The notes under the pieces are model-generated. The model was not told the origin of the DNA. It saw only the letters and a program-made list of their open reading frames with translations, and ran no database searches. A program made the translations under genes and the position numbers. Positions 1-10,675 of a stretch of DNA of 64,000 bases are shown one piece after another (the first letter of the stretch is position 1; the number at the start of each line of letters is the position of its first letter). This DNA is from Parvibaculum sp. (GTDB lineage Bacteria > Pseudomonadota > Alphaproteobacteria > Parvibaculales > Parvibaculaceae). The stretch covers positions 4,715 through 68,714 of the forward strand of contig NZ_JBBECC010000152.1 of NCBI RefSeq assembly GCF_040882025.1, read 5' to 3'.

Positions 1-2715
1 GCCGACTACGCGATATTCAACGCCCCGGTCGGGGCACAAGGCGAATTGAGGATCAGGGCAAACGGGGACCTGCTGACGGCGCGGCTGACGCTCGACGCCG
101 GCCGCGGCGTGATCGATCTGCCGGACCCATGGGATGCCTCGATCCCCATCGAGAAGGCGCATGCCGAGGTCGAATTCGACGGCACCGCGCGGCGCATCGA
201 TCTTGTCGGCCTGACCTTCGAGGCGGGCCCGCACCAGGCCTCGCTTACGGGCCGCCTTGATTATCGTATCGGCGATGGTCTCAACATTGCCGGCGCAACC
301 GTCGATCTGGTCGCCGATCGCGTCCACACCGAAGTGCCGGGATTCTTCGAGGGCCCCGTCGATCTCGAAAGCGCGCGTCTGAAGGGCGATTTCGATTTCG
401 ATGCGCTGAGTGCCGAGATTGAGGAGCTTTCCATCGGCGCGGCAGGCGGCGGCCTTTCGCTGAGCGGCACCGTGCGCGATGGCGAGCGGTCGCCCGCCGT
501 GCGCGCCTCCGGCCGTCTCGACGCGATGCCGCTCGATGCCTTCAAGGCGATCTGGCCGTTGCCGCTGGCAAAAGGCGCCCGCGAGTGGGTCGGCAAAAAT
601 CTCTCCGGCGGCGACGTGACGAGCGGCGCCTTCGAAGTCGATATGCCGGCGGGCATGATCAAGGATGCCGACAACCGCATTCCGATACCGGACGAGAATC
701 TTCGGGTCGAATTCGCGGTTAAGGGCGCGACCATGATTTATCTCCGTGAAATGCCGCCGATGGAAAATGTCGAAGCGCGCGGACAGGTTGTCGGCAATCG
801 TTTCGACGCGTGGGTGTCGGCGGCCGATATCGACGTTCCCGAGGGCGGTTCCCTGGCCGTCAGCGAGGGCCATTTCCATGCCGACGAACTCAACCGAAAG
901 GGAGCGCCCGGCCATATCGAGTTCGCGGCCACCGGCGCGACAGCCGACATTCTTTCATTGCTCGATCATGAACCGCTCAACCTGATCGGCAATTTCGGTG
1001 TCGACCCGCGCAACGTGGCAGGCAGCGGCCGCATCAAGGGCCAGCTTTCCCTGCCGCTGGTGAAGGGTGTTACCATCGAGGAGGTCGATTTTGCCGGCAC
1101 CGCGCATGCCGACGACCTCGCCATTCCCGGCATACTGCGCAACCTGTCCATCACATCGGGCGCGCTCGACATCGAAGTTTCGCGGACCATGCTGGTCGCA
1201 CGCGGTCCGGTCGGCATCAACGGGGCGCCGCCGCTGGACCTGGAATGGAAGGAAAACTTTCGCCGCGAGGAGCCCGCCGGCTCGTCCTATCGATTGGTCG
1301 GTACGCTGGATGATGACGGACGCAACGCACTTGGCCTCGGGCTCGACGGGTTTCTCGACGGACCGGCAACGTTCGACGCGAAGTTCAGCGGCGACGGCAA
1401 GGAAGTAAATCGTGCCTCCATCAAGGCGGAGCTGTCGGACACCGTCGTCAAACTTGACTATGCCAGCTGGTCGAAAGCCGCCGGGATTCCGGCGGCGGCG
1501 GACCTCAAGCTGGCATTTTTGCGCGGTGGCGGTTTCCGGATTACCGAATTCAGGCTCGTCGGCGACGGGATCGAGGCGCGCGGCGATTTTTCGATCGGAT
1601 CCGACGGCCGGCTGACCGAAGCGAACTTGCCCGTCGTCAGGCTTGGCGCGGACAATGACTTCGCCTTTATGGCCGCGCCCACCGAGGACACGTCCTTGAC
1701 GATGACCGTCAGCGGCGCGCGTTTCGATGCGCGCCGGATCCTTGCAAACATTATCTCCGGTTCGGAGAACGCGGATGACGAGGCGGCCGGAGAGCCGCCA
1801 TCGCTGTCACCCGAAGCCGTGGCCGATCCCGCGCGCCGGACCGCGATACGTGCCGAAATCGCTCGGGCAACCGGCAACAACGACACGACGTTCCACGCCG
1901 TCAGCGCGGATGTCGTTCAGGTGGATGGCCGTATCTGGACGTTGAATGTGACGGCGGTCGACCCCCAGGGAACACCCCTGACCGCCAGAATTGGTCCGGA
2001 TGAGGCTGGCATGCGCCATCTCGCCGTGGCATCCAACGACGCCGGCGTTGTCTTCCGCGCGCTCGATTTCACCGGCAGCATGAGAGGCGGCACGCTCAGT
2101 GCGACGGGGGTTTATGACGACGCGGCCGCGGGTTCGCCGCTGAAGGGGGTCGTAACCATTGACGGGTTTCGCGTCGTCGAGGCGCCGGTCCTCGCAAATA
2201 TCCTGACGGTCGGATCGTTGACTGGCATTCGCGATACGCTGAACGGCGAGGGCATTCTGTTCAATCGGCTGGAGCTGCCATTCAGCATTACCGAAGGCCA
2301 TATCTTCGTTGACGATGCCCGGACCTCCGGCCCCGCCATCGGCTTGACGATGAAGGGCAATGTCGACCGTGCGACTGACAAGGTCGACATGGAGGGAACA
2401 TTGGTTCCCGCCTACACGATCAATTCGTTTCTGGGTCAGGTTCCGGTATTCGGCCCGTTGATCGTCGGCCGGGAGGGCGAGGGTATTTTCGCCCTGACTT
2501 ATCGGGTGCGCGGGCCGTCGGAGGACCCGACGGTCACCGTCAACCCGCTCTCGGCATTGGCGCCCGGCTTTCTGCGCCGGATATTCGAATTCGGCGGCGC
2601 GACAGTGATTGACCCTCCCGTTGCGCGGCCAGCACCGGCGGATTCTTCTGCGCTGCCGGACGATGCCGGGCCCGCGACGCCGCCATCCGATATTCCTCCC
2701 GCACCGCAAAACTGA
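1..2715 (+). CDS. AsmA-like/YhdP (DUF3971 + AsmA_2) envelope bridge protein, 5' partial
   Basis: Frame is open from base 1. Long beta-rich protein ending in the AsmA_2-type signature (GPAIGLTMKG...GTLVPAYTINSFLGQVPVFG...VNPLSALAPGFLR). Confidence 0.8.
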   Translation, partial: ADYAIFNAPVGAQGELRIRANGDLLTARLTLDAGRGVIDLPDPWDASIPIEKAHAEVEFDGTARRIDLVGLTFEAGPHQASLTGRLDYRIGDGLNIAGATVDLVADRVHTEVPGFFEGPVDLESARLKGDFDFDALSAEIEELSIGAAGGGLSLSGTVRDGERSPAVRASGRLDAMPLDAFKAIWPLPLAKGAREWVGKNLSGGDVTSGAFEVDMPAGMIKDADNRIPIPDENLRVEFAVKGATMIYLREMPPMENVEARGQVVGNRFDAWVSAADIDVPEGGSLAVSEGHFHADELNRKGAPGHIEFAATGATADILSLLDHEPLNLIGNFGVDPRNVAGSGRIKGQLSLPLVKGVTIEEVDFAGTAHADDLAIPGILRNLSITSGALDIEVSRTMLVARGPVGINGAPPLDLEWKENFRREEPAGSSYRLVGTLDDDGRNALGLGLDGFLDGPATFDAKFSGDGKEVNRASIKAELSDTVVKLDYASWSKAAGIPAAADLKLAFLRGGGFRITEFRLVGDGIEARGDFSIGSDGRLTEANLPVVRLGADNDFAFMAAPTEDTSLTMTVSGARFDARRILANIISGSENADDEAAGEPPSLSPEAVADPARRTAIRAEIARATGNNDTTFHAVSADVVQVDGRIWTLNVTAVDPQGTPLTARIGPDEAGMRHLAVASNDAGVVFRALDFTGSMRGGTLSATGVYDDAAAGSPLKGVVTIDGFRVVEAPVLANILTVGSLTGIRDTLNGEGILFNRLELPFSITEGHIFVDDARTSGPAIGLTMKGNVDRATDKVDMEGTLVPAYTINSFLGQVPVFGPLIVGREGEGIFALTYRVRGPSEDPTVTVNPLSALAPGFLRRIFEFGGATVIDPPVARPAPADSSALPDDAGPATPPSDIPPAPQN

Positions 2716-2729
2716 AGAATCCCACCGAT

Positions 2730-2759
2730 TTGAGATTGCGGAGTTTCACTCCGTATATG
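2730..2759 (+). promoter_or_regulatory. Putative sigma70 promoter with a palindromic operator in the spacer
   Basis: TTGAGA(2730)-N18-TATATG(2754). Perfect inverted repeat CGGAGT-TTC-ACTCCG at 2739-2753. Confidence 0.4.
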
Positions 2760-2803
2760 TAGACTTCGCTATCGCTATTGTGCGGCAGGGGAGGAGGAGA
2801 CCC

Positions 2804-3940
2804 ATGTCTACCAATCAGAAGATGACGATGGATGCGGCCTATGAAGCGGTCGCGCCGGATGACTTTCCGGCGATGATGGATGTCGACCGTTATGGCAAGC
2901 GCTCGACCGCCTTCGACAAGATTATCTCGGCTACCCATGATCACTTCTGGGATCCGCTCGACAGCAAATACATCGACTTCTCCGAACCTTGGGACCTCGA
3001 CAACGAACTACTGATGCCCGTGGACTTCAACATGGAGTTGAAGACGGCCGTCTCGGACAAGCTCGACGAGAAGCAGAAGATATATCTGGTCAACGAAAAT
3101 GTCCGTTGGGGCATGTCGTCGATCCTGCATGGCGAGCAGGGTGCTTTGGCGCTGTCGGCGAGCCTGTGCCATATCCTGAAGGATCCGGGCGCGCAGGAAT
3201 ACGCCGCCAATCAGACGCGCGAGGAAGCACGTCATGTCACCGGTTTTGCCAAATATATTCAGGCCCGTTGGGGCAAGCCGACGGCATGCGGCCTGATACT
3301 CGAAAAATTGCTGTGCGAAATCGTCGCGACGCCGCTGGTCTGGAAGAAGCTTGTCGGCATGCAGATGATCGTCGAGGGTCTGGCAATGGGCGCTTTCGCG
3401 ACCTTTTATGCCAAGACCAACGACCCGGTGATGCGTCGCCTGATGCAGCTGACCATGACCGACGAGGCCTTCCATCACAAGTTCGGCAAGATCTGGGCCG
3501 ATCGGACCGTGCCGAACCTGCCGCCGGCCGAGCGCGATCTGATCGAGGACTGGGCGCTCGAAGTTTTCATGACGCTGATGCGCAATTCGACCGGCCCCGA
3601 ACAAAAGAAGGCGATCTACGAGAAGGTTGGGCTCGACTGGCGTTGGGTGCAGGGCGCACTCGCTGAGGCGCTGACCGACAAGAACATGCGTGGCGAGCTG
3701 CAGGAGGCGACCAATATCTTCCGCGTGCTCATCAAGACGCTTGTCAAGGCCGGCATCGTCACGAGCCGCACCGCGCCGATGTATGCCGCCTATGTGGACA
3801 TGGCCGAACTCTACGGCGAGGGCGACCGCATGATCGGCGACGACATTGCCGAGGAAGGCATCAAATATCTTCAGGCCATCAACGGCGCCGGCGGCGAGGC
3901 GGCGATTTTCGCGCTCGGCACCCCGACGGCGGCGGAGTAA
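2804..3940 (+). CDS. Ferritin-like di-iron carboxylate protein (AurF/R2-like fold)
   Basis: Strong SD GGAGGAGGAG before ATG 2804. Paired di-iron motifs: GEQGA / REEARH and VEGLA / DEAFHH. Confidence 0.8.
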   Translation: MSTNQKMTMDAAYEAVAPDDFPAMMDVDRYGKRSTAFDKIISATHDHFWDPLDSKYIDFSEPWDLDNELLMPVDFNMELKTAVSDKLDEKQKIYLVNENVRWGMSSILHGEQGALALSASLCHILKDPGAQEYAANQTREEARHVTGFAKYIQARWGKPTACGLILEKLLCEIVATPLVWKKLVGMQMIVEGLAMGAFATFYAKTNDPVMRRLMQLTMTDEAFHHKFGKIWADRTVPNLPPAERDLIEDWALEVFMTLMRNSTGPEQKKAIYEKVGLDWRWVQGALAEALTDKNMRGELQEATNIFRVLIKTLVKAGIVTSRTAPMYAAYVDMAELYGEGDRMIGDDIAEEGIKYLQAINGAGGEAAIFALGTPTAAE

Positions 3941-4012
3941 AGGGACGACAGGAGCCATAAACACGGCAGCCCAATAAGCCGTGGAACGCGCTTTAGGGAG
4001 CGTTCAGGAAGA

Positions 4013-4040
4013 AGCCCTCCCCGGGAGACCGGGGAGGGCT
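4013..4040. terminator. Stem-loop between convergent genes (probable terminator)
   Basis: AGCCCTCCCCGG-GAGA-CCGGGGAGGGCT, a perfect 12-bp stem with a weak U-tract. Confidence 0.6.
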
Positions 4041-4060
4041 CGTTCATTCCGGCTTCCGTT

Positions 4061-5317
4061 TCAAGCCTGCGGCTTCAGCAGCACATGCTTCTTCTTGCCG
4101 AGCGAAAGCTTGATGACGCCTTCAGGCGTCAGGTTCTCACGGACCAGCACCATTTTCTCGTCGCCGATCTGAGCGTCGTTGACGCGCACCGCCCCGCCCT
4201 TGATCTGGCGGCGGGCTTCACTGGTCGACGCCACCAGTCCAGCCTGAACAAGGGCGTTGAGAAGCCCATGTCCGACATCGAGCGCGTTAACATCAATCCC
4301 GACGGTCGGCAGGTCGGCACTGATCGCGCCCTCCTCGAAAGCGGTTCGGGCCGCTTCGGCCGCTTTTTCGGCCTCGACGCGCCCATGCGCCATGGCAGTC
4401 GCTTCGGTAGCGAGGATTTTTTTCGCCTCGTTGACCTCCGAACCTTCGAGCTTTTCGAGGCGCGCGATCTCATCAAGCGGCAACTCGGTAAAGAGCCGCA
4501 AAAAACGCCCGACATCGGCGTCCTCGGCGTTGCGCCAGTATTGCCAGTAGTCGTAGGGAGAAAGCATGTCGGCGTTGAGCCATACCGCGCCGGACGCCGT
4601 CTTTCCCATCTTTGCGCCTGATGATGTCGTCAGCAGCGGGCTGGTCAATCCATAGAGCTGCGCGCCGTCGGTGCGCCGCCCGAGTTCGATCCCGTTGACG
4701 ATATTTCCCCACTGATCCGAGCCGCCCATTTGCAGCGTACAAGCGTATTTGCGGTTGAGCTCCACGAAGTCGTAGGCCTGCAGAATCATGTAGTTGAATT
4801 CGAGAAACGACAGGTTCTGCTCTCGCTCGAGCCGGATTTTCACGCTGTCGAACGACAGCATCCGGTTGACCGAGAAGTGGCGCCCGTAGTCGCGCAGGAA
4901 ATCGATGTATTTGAGGTCGTCGAGCCAGTCGCGGTTGTTGACCATGACGGCATCGGATTTGCCGTTGCCGAACTTCAGAAACTTTTCGAACACGGATTTG
5001 ATGCCGGCGAGGTTTGCGTCGATCGCCGCGTCCGTCAGCAGCGGCCGCGCCTCGTCGCGGAAACTCGGGTCGCCGATCCGGGTCGTGCCTCCGCCCATCA
5101 ACACAATCGGCCTGTGCCCGGCCTTTTGCAGCCAGCGCAGCAGCATGATCTGAACGAGGCTGCCGACATGAAGGCTCGGCGCGGTCGCGTCGAAGCCGAT
5201 ATAGCCCGTCAACAGGCCTTCCAGCGCGCGCGCGTCGAGGCCCGCATCGTCAGATGTCTGGTGAATGAACCCGCGGGCGGAAAGCTCGCGCAGGAAATCG
5301 GACTTGAAGCTGGTCAT
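4061..5317 (-). CDS. tyrS: Tyrosine--tRNA ligase
   Basis: [13 protein letters not shown] (HIGH-like), [14 protein letters not shown] (KMSKS-like), C-terminal S4 domain. Confidence 0.98.
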   Translation of the reverse strand: MTSFKSDFLRELSARGFIHQTSDDAGLDARALEGLLTGYIGFDATAPSLHVGSLVQIMLLRWLQKAGHRPIVLMGGGTTRIGDPSFRDEARPLLTDAAIDANLAGIKSVFEKFLKFGNGKSDAVMVNNRDWLDDLKYIDFLRDYGRHFSVNRMLSFDSVKIRLEREQNLSFLEFNYMILQAYDFVELNRKYACTLQMGGSDQWGNIVNGIELGRRTDGAQLYGLTSPLLTTSSGAKMGKTASGAVWLNADMLSPYDYWQYWRNAEDADVGRFLRLFTELPLDEIARLEKLEGSEVNEAKKILATEATAMAHGRVEAEKAAEAARTAFEEGAISADLPTVGIDVNALDVGHGLLNALVQAGLVASTSEARRQIKGGAVRVNDAQIGDEKMVLVRENLTPEGVIKLSLGKKKHVLLKPQA

Positions 5318-5377
5318 AATCGGCTCGGGGTTTCGGATAGGCTAAAAGGCGCGGCTGGTGTATCACGCTTTGGCTGA

Positions 5378-6514
5378 GTGAAAAACGGACAAACGCCCAT
5401 GATCCGCGCTTTGGGCCTGATGAGCGGCACCTCGCTCGACGGCATCGACGCCGCCATTATCGAAACCGACGGCGAGGGCGCCGTGCGTCCTGGCGCGTCG
5501 CTCACCATCCCCTACAAGCCGGAAGAGCGCCTGCTTCTTCGCCTGGCGCTTGAAGCCGCCATGAGTTGGGAGCCGGACGAACCCATGCCCGAAGAGGTTG
5601 CCGAAGCCGAGCGGCATCTGACGCTTGCCAATGCGCTGGCGGTGCGGGCCCTGCTGGTCGAGGCCGGGCTGAAGCCCGCCGACATATCCGTGATCGGGTT
5701 TCATGGCCAAACGGTACTCCATCAGCCGGGCCGCCGCCGGACGGTCCAGATCGGCCTTGGCGATGTGCTGGCGCGCCTGACCGGGATCGACGTGGTCAAC
5801 GATTTCCGGAGCGCCGACGTGGCCGCCGGTGGCCACGGAGCGCCGCTGGTCCCGCTTTATCATCAGGCGCTCGTCGGCAGCACCGGGATCGTGGAACCGG
5901 TCGCAATCATCAATATCGGCGGCGTCGGCAATGTCACCTATGTATCGCCCGACGGCGTGCTTCTCGCGTTCGACACCGGCCCCGGTAACGCATTGATCGA
6001 CGACTGGGCGCTCGAGCATATCGGAGAGCCGATCGATCGCGACGGCACACTGGCGGCGGGCGGTGAGGTCGACATGGACGTGCTGGAGCGCCTGATGTCG
6101 CATGAGTTTTTCGAAACGCCGCCGCCGAAATCGCTCGACCGTTTCTCCTTCTCGCCGGACGCCGTGAGACATCTCTCTCCGCCCGACGGCGCTGCGACGC
6201 TGACGGCCTTCACCGTCGAGGCCATCGCGCGCAGCCTTGCGCATGTTCCCGGAATACCTTCACGCTTCGTCATTTGCGGTGGCGGACGGCACAATCCAGT
6301 GCTGATGGCGATGTTGAGCAAACGGCTGCAGGGCGGCGTTCTTCCCGCCGAGGATCTCGGCTGGCGGGGCGACGACGTGGAGGCTGAAGCCTTTGCCTAT
6401 CTCGCGGTCCGTTCGCTGCGCGGTCTTCCGCTCAGCCTGCCGACGACAACCGGCGTGCCGGAGCCGATGACCGGCGGCACGATTCACCGGGCCTATGCGG
6501 CGGCGGATGAATGA
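5378..6514 (+). CDS. anmK: Anhydro-N-acetylmuramic acid kinase
   Basis: GLMSGTSLDGID, GFHGQT, DFRSADVAAGGHGAPL, FDTGPGN, EAEAFAYLA. Start may instead be ATG 5399. Confidence 0.95.
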   Translation: MKNGQTPMIRALGLMSGTSLDGIDAAIIETDGEGAVRPGASLTIPYKPEERLLLRLALEAAMSWEPDEPMPEEVAEAERHLTLANALAVRALLVEAGLKPADISVIGFHGQTVLHQPGRRRTVQIGLGDVLARLTGIDVVNDFRSADVAAGGHGAPLVPLYHQALVGSTGIVEPVAIINIGGVGNVTYVSPDGVLLAFDTGPGNALIDDWALEHIGEPIDRDGTLAAGGEVDMDVLERLMSHEFFETPPPKSLDRFSFSPDAVRHLSPPDGAATLTAFTVEAIARSLAHVPGIPSRFVICGGGRHNPVLMAMLSKRLQGGVLPAEDLGWRGDDVEAEAFAYLAVRSLRGLPLSLPTTTGVPEPMTGGTIHRAYAAADE

Positions 6515-6517
6515 CGT

Positions 6518-7174
6518 TCAGGTCTTTTCGGGCGCCGCCGCGAGCCGCTTGTCGAGATAGGCGCCGATCTTGGCCGCCAACGGCTCGAGATGCGACTCGA
6601 AGAAGTGGTTAGCGCCGTCCACCGACGCATGTTCGATGGTGATGCCCTTCTGGGTCTTCAGCCGCTCCACAAGCTTCAATACATCCGCCGGCGGCGCCAC
6701 CTGATCGGCGCTGCCGTTGATGATGACGCCGGATGACGGGCAGGGGGCAAGGAAGGAAAAATCATACATATTGGCGAGCGGGGCGACAGCGATGAAGCCC
6801 TCGATCTCCGGGCGGCGCATCAGGACCTGCATTGCGATCCATGCACCGAAGGAGAAGCCACCGATCCAGCATTGCGCCGCATCCGGATTTTGCGATTGCA
6901 ACCAGTCGAGTGCCGAAGCGGCGTCCGAAAGCTCGCCGATCCCGGAATCGAAGGCGCCCTGGCTGCGTCCGACGCCACGAAAATTGAACCGCAGCACGGA
7001 GAATCCCCGATTTACGAATGCCTGATAGAGGGCATAGGTCACGGGGTTGTTCATCGTCCCGCCGAATTGCGGATGGGGATGCAACACCAGCGCGACCGGT
7101 GAATTGGCCTTCCTGCTATGGTGGTAGCGGCCCTCGATCCGGCCGGCCGGGCCATTGAAAATCACTTCAGGCAT
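6518..7174 (-). CDS. Alpha/beta hydrolase (COG2945-like)
   Basis: HPHPQFGGTM, RFNFRGVG, nucleophile elbow GFSFG, ANHFF. Confidence 0.9.
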   Translation of the reverse strand: MPEVIFNGPAGRIEGRYHHSRKANSPVALVLHPHPQFGGTMNNPVTYALYQAFVNRGFSVLRFNFRGVGRSQGAFDSGIGELSDAASALDWLQSQNPDAAQCWIGGFSFGAWIAMQVLMRRPEIEGFIAVAPLANMYDFSFLAPCPSSGVIINGSADQVAPPADVLKLVERLKTQKGITIEHASVDGANHFFESHLEPLAAKIGAYLDKRLAAAPEKT

Positions 7175-7299
7175 GTCTGGGTCTGTCTCGGGCTATGCGG
7201 CCGGTGAGGTGTTGAACGGGTAATCTCCTACTAACGGACAAGGAGATATTTTTGCCGTAATCGACCAATTCCTCTGGAAATTCCGTCGCGAGATGCTAA

Positions 7300-7324
7300 A
7301 TAGTTGACTAGGGCGCTCGGAAAT
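7300..7324 (+). promoter_or_regulatory. IscR type-1-like operator (Iron-Rhodo-box-like)
   Basis: ATAGTTGACTAGGGCGCTCGGAAAT. The left half matches ATASYYGACTR exactly and the right half partially. It lies upstream of the Rrf2-suf operon. Confidence 0.65.
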
Positions 7325-7487
7325 CATAGAGCCTTGCGCTTAAACTCCGCGGAACTGGCTCCGTAGCTGCGATTTTGTCCTCGCACGCTCCGCTTCCGGT
7401 CCCTCGGGGCGCATGTTCTTAACACAAGCAATGGCCGGTTGTGCAAGCTTTTGACCGCCCTTTGCCAGCTAAACGAAGGAGTTGGTC

Positions 7488-7970
7488 GTGAAGCTCACCA
7501 CGAAGGGCCGCTACGCTGTGATGGCTATGGCCGACTTGGCGCGGCATTCAGACGGAAGTCCCGTGGCGCTGGCGGAAATAGCAGATCGCCAGGAAATCTC
7601 CTTGTCCTATCTGGAGCAGCTTTTTGCCAAGCTGCGCCGGGGCGATCTGGTAAAAAGCGTGCGCGGGCCGGGTGGCGGTTATCTCTTGTCGCGCGCAGCC
7701 GATGACATTCGGATTTCCGACGTCATTCTTGCGGTTGACGAGCCGATCAAGGCGACACGCTGCGAATTGGGGTCGCCCAAAGGGTGTCTGCCATCGTCCG
7801 GCCGTTGTATCACCCATGATCTGTGGGAAGGCCTGAGCCACCAAATTCAATTTTATCTGGGCTCGGTATCTCTTGGTGACGTCATCGACGGCCGGGTGGC
7901 TGAACGCCAGGCCGTTGTCGGCGCCGCTACGCACCGCAAACAGGCCGGCATCGCCAACGCTGCCGACTGA
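7488..7970 (+). CDS. iscR: Rrf2-family Fe-S cluster regulator IscR
   Basis: MKLTTKGRYAVMAM, SYLEQLF, RGPGGGY; three Cys plus His ligands (CELGSPKGC...RCITHDLW); SD AAGGA before GTG 7488. Confidence 0.9.
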   Translation: MKLTTKGRYAVMAMADLARHSDGSPVALAEIADRQEISLSYLEQLFAKLRRGDLVKSVRGPGGGYLLSRAADDIRISDVILAVDEPIKATRCELGSPKGCLPSSGRCITHDLWEGLSHQIQFYLGSVSLGDVIDGRVAERQAVVGAATHRKQAGIANAAD

Positions 7971-8007
7971 CCGAAAATTTGCCGATGGATTGGAGTCTCT
8001 CCGGGCG

Positions 8008-9201
8008 ATGACGATGAAACGCGCCTATCTCGACCACAATGCGACAACGCCGTTGCGCCCGGAGGCGCGCGCGGCGGCTCTGCGCGCATTGGAGGTTACG
8101 GGCAATCCGTCGTCGGTGCATGCCGAAGGGCGCGCCGTGCGCGCACTTGTCGAAGCGGCACGCCGCGAGGTCGGAGCGCTCGCCGGCGCAAGCCCCAGCG
8201 AAGTGATCTTCACCAGTGGTGGCACGGAGGCCGCGCGCCTCGCCTTTCATGCGACCAGAACCGCGCAGGGCGCCGAACGCCTGATCGTTTCCGCAGTCGA
8301 GCATGATGCGGTGCTGGCCTCGGCCAAGGCTACGGGCCTGAATGTCGAGATTGCGCCGGTGGACGGCCAGGGCCGCCTTGACCTGGACGCGTTGGCGTCG
8401 CTTCTCGCCGGATCGGGCAAACGTCCGCTCGTCGCGTTGATGTATGCAAACAATGAAACCGGCGTCCTTCAGCCGGTGGCGGAAGCTGCGGCGCTGACGC
8501 ATAGAGCCGGCGGCCTTCTGCTTTGTGACGCGGTCCAGGCGGCCGGCAAGGTCCCGCTCGATTTCCGGGCGCTGGGTGCGGACATGATGATGTTGGGTGG
8601 TCACAAGCTCGGCGCGCCCTTGGGTGTCGGCGCGCTCGTTGTGCGCGACGGATTGTCCTTTGCTGCCGACGCAGTGGGCGGTGGCCAGGAAATGCGCCGC
8701 CGGGCAGGCAGCGAGAATGTTTCCGGGATCGCCGGTTTCGGTGCGGCCGCTCGCGCCGCCCGGGAAGATCTTGAAAAGTTTTCCGGCCTGGCGCGTCTTC
8801 GCGACGGATTGGAAGAGCGGCTCGCTGCTGCTGTATCCGATGTGGTTTTCTTTGGGCAGGGTGCGGATCGTGTGCCCAATACGAGTTATGTCTCGGCCCC
8901 TCGCCTCGACGCCGAGACATTGCTGATGGTGCTCGATCTTGATGGTGTTGCTGTCAGCGCAGGTGCGGCCTGCTCATCGGGAAAGGTCGGCCGCCCTCGT
9001 GTGCTGGAAGCTATGGGCGTTGACCCGATGCTAGCGCACGGCGCGGTCCGGGTCAGCCTCGGCTGGTCGAGTGAGCGAAGCGACATCGACCGCTTCGTCG
9101 AGAGCTGGCTGCGGGCTTATGAACGCAGCCGGTCGAAGACGAAAGCGCTTGTGAACGCAGTCGATGCCTCGCCGGGTCGGTTTGCGGTTGTGGAGAGTTG
9201 A
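8008..9201 (+). CDS. Group I (NifS/IscS-like) cysteine desulfurase
   Basis: [31 protein letters not shown] (PLP lysine), SAGAACSSG. Confidence 0.9.
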   Translation: MTMKRAYLDHNATTPLRPEARAAALRALEVTGNPSSVHAEGRAVRALVEAARREVGALAGASPSEVIFTSGGTEAARLAFHATRTAQGAERLIVSAVEHDAVLASAKATGLNVEIAPVDGQGRLDLDALASLLAGSGKRPLVALMYANNETGVLQPVAEAAALTHRAGGLLLCDAVQAAGKVPLDFRALGADMMMLGGHKLGAPLGVGALVVRDGLSFAADAVGGGQEMRRRAGSENVSGIAGFGAAARAAREDLEKFSGLARLRDGLEERLAAAVSDVVFFGQGADRVPNTSYVSAPRLDAETLLMVLDLDGVAVSAGAACSSGKVGRPRVLEAMGVDPMLAHGAVRVSLGWSSERSDIDRFVESWLRAYERSRSKTKALVNAVDASPGRFAVVES

Positions 9202-9202
9202 T

Positions 9203-10651
9203 ATGGTTGCCGTGAGAGAAACCGTCGAAACGATTGGTGAAATCGAAAAATACAAATACGGATTCACCACCGACATCGAATCCGACAAGGCCCCGCTTGG
9301 TCTGACGGAAGAGACGGTGCGTTTCATTTCGGCGAAAAAGAGCGAGCCCGACTGGCTGCTTGAATGGCGTCTGTCCGCCTTTCGCCGCTGGCTGACGATG
9401 GAAGAACCGAAATGGGCGAAGGTCAGTTATCCGCCGATCGACTTTCAGGATGCTTATTATTATGCGGCGCCCAAGCAGTCGGCGAAGCTGAACAGTCTTG
9501 ATGAAGTCGATCCCAAGCTTCTCGAAACCTACAAGAAGCTCGGCATTCCTCTGACCGAGCAGAAAATGCTGGCCGGCGTCGCGGTCGATGCCGTGTTCGA
9601 CAGCGTATCGGTCGTCACGACGTTCAAGAAAAAGTTGGGTGAAGTCGGCATAATTTTCTGCCCGATGTCGGAAGCTGTGCGCGATCATCCGGACCTGGTG
9701 AAAAAATATCTCGGCTCGGTGGTTCCGACATCCGACAACTTCTACGCGACGCTCAACGCCGCAGTCTTCTCGGAAGGCTCCTTCGTTTATATCCCCGAAG
9801 GCGTACGCTGCCCGATGGAGCTTTCGACCTATTTTCGCATCAATGAAAAGCAGACGGGCCAGTTCGAACGTACGCTCATCATTGCCGAAAAGGGTTCCTA
9901 CGTAAGTTATCTGGAAGGTTGCACGGCGCCGCAGCGCGATGAAAACCAGCTGCATGCAGCCGTGGTCGAGTTGGTCGCGCTGGACGATGCGGAAATCAAG
10001 TATTCGACCGTCCAGAACTGGTACCCGGGCGATGCGGAAGGAAAGGGCGGCATCTACAACTTCGTCACCAAGCGCGGCGATTGCCGCGGCACGAATTCGA
10101 AGATTTCGTGGACACAGGTTGAAACGGGCTCAGCCATCACCTGGAAATATCCAAGCTGCATTCTGCGCGGCGACAATTCGCGCGGTGAATTCTATTCGAT
10201 CGCGATTTCAAATGGTCGCCAGCAGGTCGATAGCGGCACGAAGATGATTCATCTTGGCCGCAACACATCGAGTCGGATTATTTCGAAAGGAATTTCGGCC
10301 GGCCGCTCGTCCAATACCTATCGCGGTCTTGTGAGCGTGCATCGAAAGGCGGAGAACGTTCGCAACTTTACGCAATGCGACAGTCTGCTGATCGGGGGCC
10401 ATTGTTCGGCGCACACCGTACCTTATATCGAAACGAAAAATCCGAGCGCCATACTGGAGCATGAGGCGACGACGTCGAAAATAAGCGACGACCAGTTGTT
10501 TTATTGCAAGCAGCGCGGCATCGGCGAGGAGGAGGCGGTGGCCCTTATTGTCAACGGGTTCTGCCGTGACGTGTTGCAGCAACTGCCGATGGAGTTCGCC
10601 GTCGAAGCCCAGAAGCTCGTTGGTATCAGCCTTGAAGGCAGCGTCGGCTGA
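9203..10651 (+). CDS. sufB: Fe-S cluster assembly protein SufB
   Basis: [54 protein letters not shown]. Confidence 0.98.
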   Translation: MVAVRETVETIGEIEKYKYGFTTDIESDKAPLGLTEETVRFISAKKSEPDWLLEWRLSAFRRWLTMEEPKWAKVSYPPIDFQDAYYYAAPKQSAKLNSLDEVDPKLLETYKKLGIPLTEQKMLAGVAVDAVFDSVSVVTTFKKKLGEVGIIFCPMSEAVRDHPDLVKKYLGSVVPTSDNFYATLNAAVFSEGSFVYIPEGVRCPMELSTYFRINEKQTGQFERTLIIAEKGSYVSYLEGCTAPQRDENQLHAAVVELVALDDAEIKYSTVQNWYPGDAEGKGGIYNFVTKRGDCRGTNSKISWTQVETGSAITWKYPSCILRGDNSRGEFYSIAISNGRQQVDSGTKMIHLGRNTSSRIISKGISAGRSSNTYRGLVSVHRKAENVRNFTQCDSLLIGGHCSAHTVPYIETKNPSAILEHEATTSKISDDQLFYCKQRGIGEEEAVALIVNGFCRDVLQQLPMEFAVEAQKLVGISLEGSVG

Positions 10652-10675
10652 CGCTGGAACGTGGAAGTGGATAAT

